This document shows positions 24,040 to 36,990 of a stretch of DNA of 64,000 nucleotides, piece after piece. The DNA is from Eledone cirrhosa (Eukaryota): positions 285,200,001-285,264,000 of the forward strand of contig OZ024743.1 of the NCBI GenBank assembly GCA_964016885.1. The letters run 5' to 3'. A program made the translations under genes and the position numbers. Below the pieces are notes generated by a model, which worked only from the letters and a program-made list of their open reading frames with translations, was not told where the DNA came from and searched no databases. Every line of letters begins with the position of its first letter. Within the stretch, counting starts at the first letter, position 1.

Positions 24040-26515
24040 TGGCTGCAAACTCGTGTTCAAGTATTGCCATCACCCGATAAAATGTTCAAAAATGTGAAGC
24101 ACAAATGTGACTCTTTAAACCACCTAAATTCTTGCACCCTCTGGCACACACATGGCAACTTTAGGCTCCCCCGAAACCTTCCATTGCTTTGTTCTGGCTG
24201 TATGTTCACATGTATCTTTTAAGACCTCCCATGCTTGTACATTTCTTACACCTTTCAGATCATAATCTACATGAGGTCTACTGATATGACTTTGTTCATG
24301 TCTAATCAAACCAGCTTTGCTCAGGCTGACTCGACCACAGTGCTGGCAAACCAGATGATGTTCAACAGCAGGCAGTTCAGAAGTCTCAATCCTCACCTTC
24401 CTTTTCAGTGTTAGGTGTTCTCTCCGACGAGTTTCAAAGTGTTCACCACCTGACTTGATCAAACGTCTCCACTTCACACGCTCGTCAGCCATTTTCTCCC
24501 ATTCGTCAGATGAAATTCCAGCACAAGCCAAGGTGCCTCTGATACAGTCCCGGTACCGCCTTTTTGGTTTATGTGGTGGTCGCCTTCCTTCACACAGTTC
24601 TCCATAGAGAAGTTGCTTTGGAATACGATCATCAGACATCCGGACCACATGACTGCACCACTTCAACCGACACCGAAAAATTATGCTCTCTATAGTCACG
24701 CACCTGCTCCGTTCTAGAACTTCCAAATCACTGGCGAACATTTTCCACCACACCCCAAGTAACTTATGAAGAGATTGTTGGTGAAATCTCTCCAGATCCT
24801 TGAGGTGCTTTCTGTATGTGACCCACGTTTCACAAACATAAAGTAAAGGGGAGACGACACAAGTCAGATACACTTTCACCTTGGTTTCGATAGTGATACC
24901 TCGTCTGGACCATAAACGTTGATGCAGCCGTCCAAAAGCATCACTGGCTTTCTTGATTCTTAAGGATATTTCATTATCATGTGTGCATGAAGTGTTCAAC
25001 GTACTACCAAGGTAAACAAACTTGTCAGCAACTTTTAGCCTCTTTCCATACACGTACACACTTGGTGCAGTGTACTTGTTTCCAGGTACTGGCTGATACA
25101 TCACAACAGTCTTTGCCAAGCTTATTGTGACGCCCAAAGTGCTGCAAGCTGCAGAAAAAGAGTTCATAATATGCTGCATGTCACTTTGTGAGTGTGCAAA
25201 AAGATCGCAGTCATCTGCATACAAAAACTCTCGGATTATAGATGTTAATACCTTTGTGCTTGTACCAAAGCGCCTGGTATTGAACAACCTTCCTGAAGTG
25301 CGATACCTGATGTAAACCCCATGAGAACAATATTTGAATGCCATGAGAAACACTATCGTAAAATATAAGGAAAACAGAGTTGGAGCCAGAATGTCCCCCT
25401 GCTTCACTCCATTTTGAACTGATATTGGTTCAGAGATGCTACCACCAATACTGACCAAAGCCTTCATGTCATCATGGTAAAGATGCAGAATTTTCTACCC
25501 TACCTTGGATTTTTTTCCCACAATGCAGTTCGATTGACAGTGTCAAAGGCCTTTGTCAAGTCAACAAAGACCTGGTAAAGGTCTATACATTGTTCAATAC
25601 ACTTTTCTTGCAGCTGCCGAGAAGAAACAATCATATCCACTGTTCCTCTTTCGTTTCTGAACCCCACACTGCGACTCAGGCAACACATTCAGAGCAACTC
25701 TTGGGATCAATCTATCCATCAATATTCGACACGACTTTACCAACTACTGAAAGAAGGGATATGACATGATAATTGCCACATTTGTCCTTGCCATCCTTTC
25801 CTTTATGGAGAATCACCATGAGCGCATCCTTCTTGTGGGACATTCTCATCTTCCCACACCATTTTCATGAGGTCAGTCAGGCGCTGCGTGAAGTTTTCAC
25901 CACCACACTTCAAAACCGCTCCACTCAGACCATCCATACCAGGAGACTTACCACAGTTCAGCTTATGCACAACAGAAGACCCCTCTGCAAGAGAAGATAC
26001 ACTAGCCATCTCATATGCTTCACTGGTTCAATAGGAATGGAACAAATGAAATCATCATCAACCTGGGATGGCTGGTTTAAGGGCTCATCAAAGTGATCTC
26101 TCTATCTGTCGAGTGTCTTTTGGGTCGCGCAGTAATTGCTTGCCATCTTTCAATCTCAAAGGGGCCACTGGAGAGCTGAAAGGGCCATACACCTCTGTGA
26201 GTAGAAAGTGCGGCAGTTTCACATTGTTGCCGTCAGATGCCACTTGAACTTCATCTGCTTTGTTGCTCGACCAGGTATTTTGCATAGCCCTGAGTTTCAC
26301 CTGCACTTCCTTCTTTACCTGTCTGTAACGCTCATAATTGTCACCAACAGAGCTACCACCTTTAAGAACTGCATCAAGTGCCTTTTGTTTTCTGTCTAGC
26401 AGAGCCTTGACCTCCTGGTCATTCTCATCAAACCAGTCCTTGTTTTCTTGTGACAAAGCCAAGGACCTCTGCTGAAGCCTCATAGACCGAGCTCCTGAAG
26501 TCCTTCCAGTTGTTC
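24040..26515 (-). mobile_element. RTE-BovB-like LINE, frameshifted
   Basis: FVDLTKAFDTV, GVKQGDILAPTLF, FLYADD, RIPKQLLYGEL, and a C-terminal C2H2 finger CQHCGR..LIRHEQSH, spread over several frames. Confidence 0.92.
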
Positions 26516-26551
26516 TCATACACGCATACATACTTACATATATATTAGGAT

Positions 26552-28365
26552 TAGGATTAGCAATGAGTATAGCGAGGAATTTAGCGTATAGGTTGGTGTC
26601 CACCAGGGCTCTGTTCTTAGCCCTCTCCTGTTTATCATAGTCCTGCAGGCAATAACGGAGGAGTTTAAGACCGGATGCCCATGGGAACTCCTGTATGCTG
26701 ATGACCTCGCACTTATAGCTGAATCTATGGTAGAACTAGAGAAGAAATTCCAAACTTGGAAGCAGGGACTAGAAAGAAAGGGTCTCAAAGTCAATATGAC
26801 AAAGACTAAGGTCCTTGTAAGTAGACGAGAAAACAACCCAGATCCCCTCAGGGAAATGGCCTTGCTCAGTATGTAGGAAAGGTGTAGGTAGGAACTCCAT
26901 TCTCTGCCCCAAATGCAATGGGCACAAGAGATGTAGCGGGATCTCAGGAAGCTTAATTAAGAATGTAGGCTTCACATGCAGCAGCTGTACTGGGACAGCA
27001 AGCAGCAAACAGCCACAGGAAACAAGTACCACCAGTCTCTGGGAGGGCTCTGTAGAGACAGTAGACAGCTTCTGCTACCTAGGTGACCAAATTAGCAGTG
27101 GAGGTGGGTGTTCAGAAAGTAAAATAACTAGGGTAAGAACGGGATGGAAGAAGTTCAGGGAACTACTGCCACTGCTAGCTGCAAAAGGCTTCTCCTTCAA
27201 AATGAAAGTCAGACTGTATGATGCGTGTATCCGGACAGCAATGTTACATGATAGTGAGACCTGGGCGCTGAAGGTGGAAGACTTACGTAGATTAGAGAGA
27301 AACAAAGCCTGCATGCTCCGATGGATGTGTAATAGTAATATACGCGAATGACAAAGCATAAATGAATTGAGAGAGAGACTGAGCATAAGAGAAATCAAAT
27401 GCTGTGTGCAGGAGAGGTGGTTGCTTTGGTATGGACATGTGATGCGTATGAAGGATGACAGCTGCATAAAAAGGTGCAGAGCACTAGAAGTCGATGGAAA
27501 CCGCGGAGTGGGGAGACCCAAGATGACCTGGGATGAGGTGATAAAAGCCGACCTTACCCAATTACACCTCTCCAAGGCGATGACACACGACCGTGACCTC
27601 TGGCGTCGCGCAGTAATAGAGTACCCAACCTCCCATGGGTACAAGCTGAAGCATATAGACAATATGCCCCCACACCCTCCCACTGCAAGGTGGTCGTGGA
27701 GGTGCCACGGCAAAAAAGCACCCAGCCCACACTGTAAAGTGAACGTGTAGGTGCCACGAAAAAGCACCCAGCACTCACTGTAAATGAGGTTGGTGTTAGG
27801 AAGGGCTTCCAGCTGTAGAAATCAAGCCAAATCAGTTCATGTATGAGCAAGGCATTGTAGCAGTTGCCTCCCTTGTTGTGACTCACAACCCCAATAGATT
27901 AACAACATCTAGACGGGAAGTAGAACCCTTTCTGTAACTTCCGGTCAGAACCCTATAAAACTAACAACTTTAAGTTCTCACTCTCTCATTTGCCCTTCCG
28001 GCGCCTGGCCTTCGCCAGGCGTCTTCTGCCAGCCTGCGTTTGCCTGGCAATCAAAACGGTAACTACTAACTTTGCTTCATTCTTTCATCTATTTCTTTGA
28101 CATGTCAACTATACTGTTAAATTCCTGATTAAATATTATAAACACAAGCCATGTCTCCTTGTTACATTCATACACACTGAGTTCTCCGCTACATTGGTAA
28201 CCCTGACGTGATACGAACACGCAGCCGTTCATTGTTATAAGTGGTCACCCCGAACGAGTTCTCCGCTATAGCATGGTCAGCCGACCAGACACTGCCCACA
28301 ACAGAACAACCCGTCTAACCCATGCTAGCGTGGATGAACGGACGTAAAACGGTGATGATGATGAT
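26552..28365 (+). mobile_element. 5'-truncated RTE LINE (same family as 5594-8335), interrupted in its 3'UTR by an LTR element
   Basis: GVHQGSVLSP, LLYADD, PHD-like insert and GRPKMTW. The tail resumes at 28271 and ends in (TGA)n. Confidence 0.9.
27856..28270 (+). mobile_element. Internally deleted LTR retrotransposon (Gypsy-like) with tRNA-Trp PBS
   Basis: LTR TGTAGC...GCTACA at 27856-28193; PBS TGGTAACCCTGACGTGAT at 28195-28212; second LTR end GAGTTCTCCGCTATA at 28270; TSD GCAT at 27852-55 and 28271-74. Confidence 0.8.
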
Positions 28366-29405
28366 ACATGTATACATACATGCATACATCCATCCATACA
28401 TACATGTATACACACATACATACATCCACCCATCCATCCATACGTGTATACATACATACAATGGTTAAAGTGTTCGACTGACGACCATAAGTTCATATTT
28501 GGGACCGGGCAGTTATTGAATCAACCTGATATCAATGTTTATTATACAGCTCTTTGGTATAATATGACACATAGTAATATCTAACATAGTACCCATCTAA
28601 TCTGTTAAAATATGATTTACCTTTCCTCTGTGAAGGCACATGCCTTAGGGGTTACGGTACTGGACTAACCATTATAAAGTCATGGGCTCGTTTCTTCGAT
28701 CCTGCAGCATGTTGCGTCCTTCAGTAAAATACTTTAGTTCGTGTAGCATCTTCTACCAGGACTTGCAGCAGACAGATAATATCAGTAATGGAAAAAACCT
28801 TGTTTCATTACTATGACCTGGAAATCAGTTCCACTCTATTTATCTTCTCCATGAGAGTATCTTTGTCAACCCTCGTATCTATGCGCAATATACGTAAAGA
28901 TACAGAATTGCGAGCATTACAACGCTATTAGCTGTCATATTTGTTGGTGAAAAAAATTTGATTATAAAACTTAAATTTATGAATGACTTGTTTTCTACAT
29001 TGATAACCATGACTTGTTTTCTAATTAACTTAAATTTGTTTTCTAATTTTGCCCTTTTAAGGGCCACCTATATTTTCATTTAAGTAACTCCACTTACATC
29101 GAAATGCTTTGTAACCATGACTTGTTTTCTATTTGTTTTCTAATTTTGCCCTTTTAAGTCTTCCCTCTCTCTCTCTCTCAAAAAAACGCGTGAAAACTCC
29201 ACTTACGCGTGGTAGTAATACGGAAATAAACGATGTTGACGAGTGACGTCTCCTTCGTCTGTTTTCCGCTGGACTGACAGCTAATAGCGTTGTAGTGCCC
29301 AAAATCTATTTATGGTTCTTGATAGCTAACATTACGACGTAATTTATCTGATAAAGAACAAACTAAAATTATATATTCAAATTCTGTTATTATTATGAAA
29401 TATAT

Positions 29406-29451
<46 letters not shown>

Positions 29452-29492
29452 ATATATTTCATAATAATAACAGAATTTGAATATATAATTTA

Positions 29493-29531
<39 letters not shown>

Positions 29532-31339
29532 TATAAACATTTAATTTTATTCATAGTTGTATAAATAACATTACAAATCGTTTGCAATTCTTTCAGAATG
29601 AAAATGTAAACAGAGCAATTTACAGTAGAATAACATAACAAATATGTTTTAAACATATACATAAATAACATTACAAATGCTTAGACATTATAAATAGCTC
29701 GCGATTCTTTCAGAAAGATATATTCTTTTAATGTTACAATATTAAAGAAAATGTAAAGGAAGGAATGAACAACGGAGCCAACACCAGATCAAAAGACAGC
29801 AACGTCGCGAGTACTGGGCAACCTCTCTGATGATTTTTGAGGCAAGCCAGCACACTCGCAGCGTTGCCTCGGGTGATGGCGAGGCGGATGAGCTGAAACA
29901 GCCAAGCGCCCTGGCGAGATTCGCCAGTTACCGTTATTATTATTTTTTTTTGTGTGTATTTTTACTATGAGGGGTATTTTATCATGGACTTGGAAAACTA
30001 GGATATATAAATTAATATTTCATAACATAAGTTCAAATCTTCGATATGACCTTTTCCTCCTTGGGCGAGGTGTTTTCTGATAAAATTCTTAACATAGAAA
30101 TAACGATTTCTTTTGACAAAATACAAGGCCGATGGAAAGTGTATTAAAATTCATTGAATCTTATTTTTTCTCTATTAACCTCTGCTTTTTTTATTTTTAT
30201 TACACTATATATCTGCATAGTCCTGCGCTTATTAAATAAAGTGCATCCTGATATTAATATTGATACATGAAAATTGACCCTGGCGGGCATTCTGTATTCC
30301 TAAGATATTAAAACGAAATATTCCGACTATTCTAGTCTCCGATACATTTTGCAATTCTGGTTCAGTATTTTGTTTCTTAGGTTTCAATGCAACGTGTACA
30401 CAAGGGGAGAAGTAACGACGGAAACAACAATTTCATGGTTGTGGACATGGCTTCATAGTAAAAGTGACAAATTAGTTTGCATAGCGTTTAAGTTATTCAG
30501 CCCTACTAGAGTATACATGTGATCCAACAAGACCATATCGCTCCTAACTCAGACATTGCGTATCCAGAACAATAATTCAATGCATTCCTTCCTTTTCTAG
30601 GTGGTAGGGTGTCATTTAAAGGAGATTTAGCTTCTATTTCTAGCAGGTCAAATGATCATAATCATATAGTAGATCTTCATACCAGAATCTGAAACGTGTT
30701 ACGTCAACAACAAAAGTAAATTGAAGGCCGGGAACTAACTAAAACTGTTATTGTTGTACAATGTACATAGAGAAAGATTTTAAAATGATAAGTTTATGAT
30801 ATAAATAAACGGCGATACCAACCTAAACTTGGTCTTGATAATTTGATAATATTTCGAAACATCTGGCGGCAAGTATATTGATGTTTGATCATTCTGAAAG
30901 AAGCCATGTGAGCTGTGTTTGTTCTAAAAATCAGAGGTGTGCGTATGTCTGTAAGTAAAGAGTCAATTCTCGACCAATGAATGATTATTAACTCTTTTGT
31001 GCATGAAAAATAACCACGAAATAACAATTTAATAAATGTTGTTGATGTAAGCATTTATTATAAATATATTCTCCGTATGCAAATCATAAAAACAAAAAGC
31101 TTGCATAAGTTTATTTCTGTATGTGTAGTCTTTTTTTTGTGTTCTTTTGGGGGGTATGGGAGGGGGGTTGCAGCAAAACACCCTTCAGTCATTCGGTGGG
31201 AGATTGTTATTTTTCCGGGGTTTTTTTTTGTGCTTTCAATCTGACCTCCAAATCAGTCGGAAAAGACTCGTTTAAAAAAATAAAATTTTATTTAGGAAGG
31301 AGGCGCTAGGAGTTTTCTGGAACTTTTTTTCAAGGTTCT

Positions 31340-31530
31340 ATAACAAAATACTGGTGTGTATGAATATAACAAAGATGCTCGGTTGTGTATATAACGTTTA
31401 ATTAACAAACTGCAGTTATGTAGAATAGTATATAGCTCGCAAGAGACCATGTTAGGGTTGCCAGTCGAACGCGCCTGGCCGAAGGGCCAGGCAGGTTAGA
31501 AGGCCAGGAGCCGAAAGGCAAATGAGAGGT
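31340..31530 (-). mobile_element. Partial LTR related to 27856-28193
   Basis: The reverse complement shares CTCTCATTTGCC..CCTGGCCTTC and ATTCATACAC blocks. Confidence 0.55.
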
Positions 31531-31951
31531 AGCCGCCTCCTTTTTTTTTTTTACCCCATATAACGTGTTTATTTGTAAGCATTCTCTAAAATAATTTGGG
31601 GGGCGTTATATCGATTTCAATGGGGAAAAAAACATTCTTCAGTTTTTTATGTACTATCAATTAATCTAACCTCCAAGATTTTGGCAATTAACTTTTTCCC
31701 GGAGAACGGAGTTTTCCTTATATCAGCGAATATAACCTCGAAACCAGTCGTAAACGACTAGATTTATAGAAGAGAGGGGGGGGGGGCAATCGGAGTTTCG
31801 GAAATCGACACACCTCAAGTTTGGTGGGAAATAATTAACCTTCCTTGATATTTCTGGACCTCTCAGATGCTTGCAATCGACATTTTTCCCGGATCAGGGT
31901 GAGGGTTTCCGTTTTCAGGAAAAAAAAGTTCATTACAAGCATGTATGAGGT

Positions 31952-33037
31952 TGTAGTGACCTACATTCTGATGGCTCTTGAATACATTCTCCATACGTTG
32001 TTTGGCTCAGATCAGCCAATGGCTATCAGCGTAGGAGAATGTATTTCAACTTCCGCCGAAAGGGGAAAATTCCTGCTTCCCTTCGAAAATCTCTCTCTTG
32101 CAGCTCGACACCACCAAGGTAAACATCTCTTAATTTCGTTCCTTAAGCATAGACAATATGTAGTAACAAATATCACTACGGGTCTGGCTAATGCCTCAGC
32201 CAGTTGACCGTACCTCCTTAAACTCTTAATTTGTCTATTCACTTCATTATGGCATGCCAGCTAAACCTTTGTAAATAAATTATATATCAAACAACGTTGT
32301 AATGCCTTATGATGATATTTGCCACAATATTCCTTTGGACTGTTTCGGTTACTCTCTGTGATACAATACACAAACAAATATTAACATTCTCAACACATAT
32401 ATAACTATCCATTCATCATCATTTCATCATTTCATTTTATGTCCGCTTATTTCCCTGCTTGCAAGGGTGGGACGGGAACTGATTCTGGCTTGATTTCTAC
32501 AGCTGGATGCCCTTCTTAACACCAACCTCATTTACAGTGAGTGCTGGGTGATTTTTTGCCGTGGCACCTCCACGACCACTTTGCAGTGGAATGATATGGA
32601 CTCCAGTCCCTATCATCTCATTTCTACAGCTGAGTAAACTGGAGCAATGTGAAATAAAGTGTCTTGCTCAAGGAAACAACACATCACCCGGTCTGAGAAT
32701 TGAACTCACAACCTTTCGATTGCAAGGCCAATGCTCTAACCACTAAGCCATGTGCCTCCATTAACTCTCTCAATTAACAATAACACAAAATACACCGTTA
32801 GCCAGACCCGTAGTGATATTTGTTACTACATATTGTCTATGCTTGAGGAACGAAATCAAGAGATGTTTACCTTGGTGGTGTCGAGCTGCAAGAGAGAGAT
32901 TTTCGAAGGGAAGCGGGAATTTTTCCCTTTCAGTGGAAGTTGAAATACATTCTCCTACGCTGATAGCAATTGGCTGAACTGAGCCAAACAACGTATGGAG
33001 AATGTATTCAAGAGCCATCAGAATGTAGGTCACTACA
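31952..33037. mobile_element. Non-autonomous Ginger/TDD-like DNA transposon
   Basis: ~240 nt TIRs (31952-32191 and 32798-33037), termini TGT...ACA, 4-bp TSD AGGT (31948-51 and 33038-41). Confidence 0.8.
32413..32762 (-). mobile_element. Full-length SINE nested in the Ginger-like element
   Basis: Reverse complement of the 17889-18224 family. Confidence 0.85.
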
Positions 33038-34759
33038 AGGTCCAGAAAAAACAAGGATAGATAATTATTTCCCACCAAACGCGAGAGGTGTGTAGATTTG
33101 CGAAACTCCAATGGTCTTTTCGCCTCCTTTCACCCTACTTTTTCTACAAATCTTGTGGTTTCCGACTGGTTATGAGGTCCCACTCAATAACACACGAAAA
33201 AAAAAGTTGTGAGGAAACCTCTGAGGACGGGAAGGGGGATCTGGGGTTGGCAGACCTCACCCACTCCGTTCTCCAGGAAAAAGCCGATTGCCAGAATCTT
33301 AGAGGCTAGATTAGTTGATAGCATATGAAAAAAAAAAATGTTTCCCTCTGACAGACCTGTCAACTCTCCCCATGGGACGGGGAGATCTCCCACCCACTTT
33401 GGGTGTATTAGAGATGTCTTCTCTTTAGAAAATGGGTATAGCTTTTAATTATGTAAAATCTCCCCATTTTGCCTCATTTCTCCCCGTTTTGGGGTGCTTT
33501 TTTTATGGTACTCCCTGTGTGAATTTTTAGAGGCTGGCAGGTCTGCACAGAATTTGAATGGAGTGTTCTAAAAATTTATCTAAATTGGAATTTACATCTG
33601 AGCTAACTTCAGATATGGTTTGCTATAGAATACATTTAGAGAAGCTATAAACCATTTGTTTTGTTTTTTAGCTGGTAACAAGAACCGACTTTGCGAGAAC
33701 AGCTGTCATCGTTGATAATGAATAATTGATTTTTTTTTTAAATATGAAATAGAATTTTAAAAATAATCAAAACCAAATGATTGGGTCAAAACTACAGTTT
33801 ATATCCTGCCCCAACTATCTTTCCTTATAACTTTTTTTAGAAAAAAGCCTGCATAAGTTTGTTTCAATAGAACACAAACAAATATACATATTTTATTAAA
33901 AAAAATATAATAAAATTCTTACAATTACACCAGTCTCGCTTTGGAGGTAAAGTTTATTTTCTTAGGATAATGTTTTAAACAAATCTGGCGTTCAAACTCG
34001 TCGGAAATTATTGGTGTTTTTTCATAAAGAGAGGTAAAAGGCACACCCTCCAGAAACAATAAATAAATAAATAACGAATAATTTCCGGCGGTTTGGGAGG
34101 TCAGATTCGTTCAAAACACATACACAAAAAAAAAAAAAAATACGAATAACACAAATTTCATCCAAATCGAAATTTGTGTAATATTTACTTCCTAACCAAA
34201 GAACTTCTAGCGTTCCATACCCACCTACCAGTTAACTAAAATAAAGAATATTTTCTGACGGTTTTGAAGGCCAGATTTATTCAACATACATCAAAAACCA
34301 ATAGGGAAACTGTGGGGCTAGGATAATGGAAGTGTAGAGCAGTTCTTGCCTTAAGCGAGGGGCCAGTGATGTCACATAAGACGTTTGCAGGTTTTTTGGG
34401 GGCACTCTTGTGTCCTAAGTGGGTACTGTGTGCAACACGTGTATGTGCATGTGTGAGAATTGCTATTTTCTTTGGCCGGATGTAAAACAGGTGAACATCC
34501 ATGCAGGGAGATTCAGTCCAGATATGAGTGAAGACGCAAAGGTAGATCCCTTTGTTTCCTATGACAGAAACATAAATTGTACCTCCAAAGTGGGACAGGT
34601 ATAATTGTAAATAAAACTCTGAAGGTGACCCCTCCCCCCTGTTAACTAAAACATGAATAATTTCTGGTGGTTTTGAAGGTCAGATTAATTCAAAACTTAT
34701 CAAAACCTTAGGAAAAACAAATTTCACCTCTCCCTTCAGTTTCAGCAACACTCCCCTCC

Positions 34760-36710
34760 TCATACACCCATGTACATCTCATGCTAACTACTGTTGCTGA
34801 GTCTGATCCATCTTCTTATATTCAAAATGTCTTCAAGGTAAGAAATTGTTTTCACATTTTCTGTCTTCACAACATTCTCAAGATCCGGTTTAGCATTCAG
34901 ATGTAGTTCCCAGCCATTTAATGGAATTCACTCTATGCTTCCTGCACACGGCCACCTCTGCGTTCCACCTCATCACATACTTTACCACTTACCATCACCT
35001 TTGTGTTTCTGATATTTACCTTCATGTTATGTGGCGAGTGGGTAGATGCTGTGCTGAAAAGAACCCATGTCACTGTTCCTGTCCCTCATCCTTATGACTG
35101 CATGTGTTTCACATACTTTGTCATTACTACACTAACCAACCATTCTTCCACTTCCAACTCTCTCAATGCCCATTACACTGCTTCACATGGAACCCTATCG
35201 TAAGTTTTATCCAGATCAAGCACCCAAAATAAACACCTCTTCTTGGCTGAAACCCAAACTGCATTGCACTAATCTTCAATTTTTGCCTTATCCTCTTCTA
35301 TAACACTCTTTCCAATACCTTCATTCCATGATAAAATAACTTAATTACTCTATACAAGCCAGTTTAGAGGACCCCCTTTCCCCATGTGCATAGAGATGCT
35401 AATATTCAACTCTTAATCCATCAGATTATAATCTTCTTTCATCACCAGCCTACAGACTTCTATCATCCCCTTCACACTCTAACTTCCTGCTGCCAATCTA
35501 CCACAGCTACTATTCCTCTTTCTCAATGCTTCCTGAGCTATCTCCTCTGCCAGTCCAAGAACTAGATTATTCTCCATGTTGCCATCTTATTCATTCTCAA
35601 AATTCAATATCTCCATACACTCTCCCCACTTTTCTTTAATTTTATCTAAGCCTAACAATTTCTTCCACTTCATCCTTCAAGCAGTTTTTGCCTTTCACAT
35701 AACATCTCTCTCTTGCTTACTGCATTGTGACTTTGTGGACTTTTCCCTTCGTTCTTTGTACTTCTGAACTGCCTCCTCTGCTACCATCAGCTTTGCTGTC
35801 TGATTCTCTGAATTGCTTTTCTTGTTAATTCTCTTTTCAACATCATCACACCACAATGTTTCCAAGTGTCTTGGTGATCCTTTTGTCCATCCACACACAC
35901 CACCAACTATTCCTAACAACCTATCTTTCAAAGAGTTCCAAGCATTCTCAAGTTCATATGTGTCATGTTCTAACATACTCAGTTTAGAGCCTCCCTCACT
36001 GCTGCTTCTTTTAACCTCCACACCTTCAGCCTTGGTTCATATTTCTTCCCACAGGTCACAGAAAACTAGATGGTGCTGTGTAACATTTCCCCCTGGGATT
36101 ACCTTTATCACACCCATATACCATCAAGTATTCAACAGTTGACAATAATTCACCTGCTGTATTCTTTCTAGAATTGCTTATTACTGATTGACATCCAACT
36201 CCAAAATCCTTTCACACTCCCCATTCCTCCCACTATACCTGTAGCTCCCATGGATTTCTCCCAAACGATCCACTCCTTCCCACATATCCATTCAGATCTC
36301 CTTCTGTCGTAGTATCTTCCCCATCTTTCATATTTTCAATCATCTTCTCTATTGCACACCAAAACTTGTCTTTCTCTTCGACACTGACCTGCCTGTGGGT
36401 CATATCCTGAGATGATTATCACCAAGAACTTTCAAATCACCAGTTTCACCACAATCAACTGTTCTCTCATTCTTGTCACACAGTCTACAAACTCTACAGA
36501 AATCAAGACACCAACACCATGTACACTTTCTGGACACCCTTACCGCACAAACTTGTACTTCTGTCCTTGTCTTTCACTCACCATTCTTGCATTACTTCCC
36601 TTTGATCTTGACTTTGTAAAATATCACCACTTTTCTTTTATGCTCAACAACATAAACATTAACTGGCATTTTTCAGAAACTCTCTTTGCCCTTTTTCTGT
36701 CTCTCATTCA
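34760..36710 (-). mobile_element. Old degenerate RTE LINE (APE and RT remnants)
   Basis: AWNSLKDRLLGIVGGVCGWTKG..ETLWCDD and scattered RT/PHD-like traces, with many stops. Confidence 0.7.
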
Positions 36711-36739
36711 TTCCCTTAATATCACAACTAAACAAAACA

Positions 36740-36990
36740 GGTTTTTGTTACAAGACAAAGGTTAGGAAATTCAACCATATATTTTGAATGGATGATTTGA
36801 AACTCTTTGGAAGAAATGATGAACTCAATGGGTTTAAAAACAATCAAGATATTCAGAGATGATATAGGTATGGAGTGTGGAATGGATATGTGTGCAAAAG
36901 CTAAGTTTAAAAGTAAATCAGTCACATTTGACACAGACAATAACCAAAGACTTAGAACAGGAGGGAGTTTACAGCTCATTCGTACTGTTG
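36740..36990 (+). mobile_element. Non-LTR RT fragment of R4/Dong-like type
   Basis: A MDDLKL-like motif followed by KTIKIFRDDIGMECGMDMCAK, resembling FS.DIGMEFGLDKCA. Confidence 0.5.

Noticed and set aside
30870-30957. Possible plus-strand first exon MFDHSERSHVSCVCSKNQRCAYV|gtaagt
   Set aside because: Good donor, but no recognisable homology or downstream exon was found.
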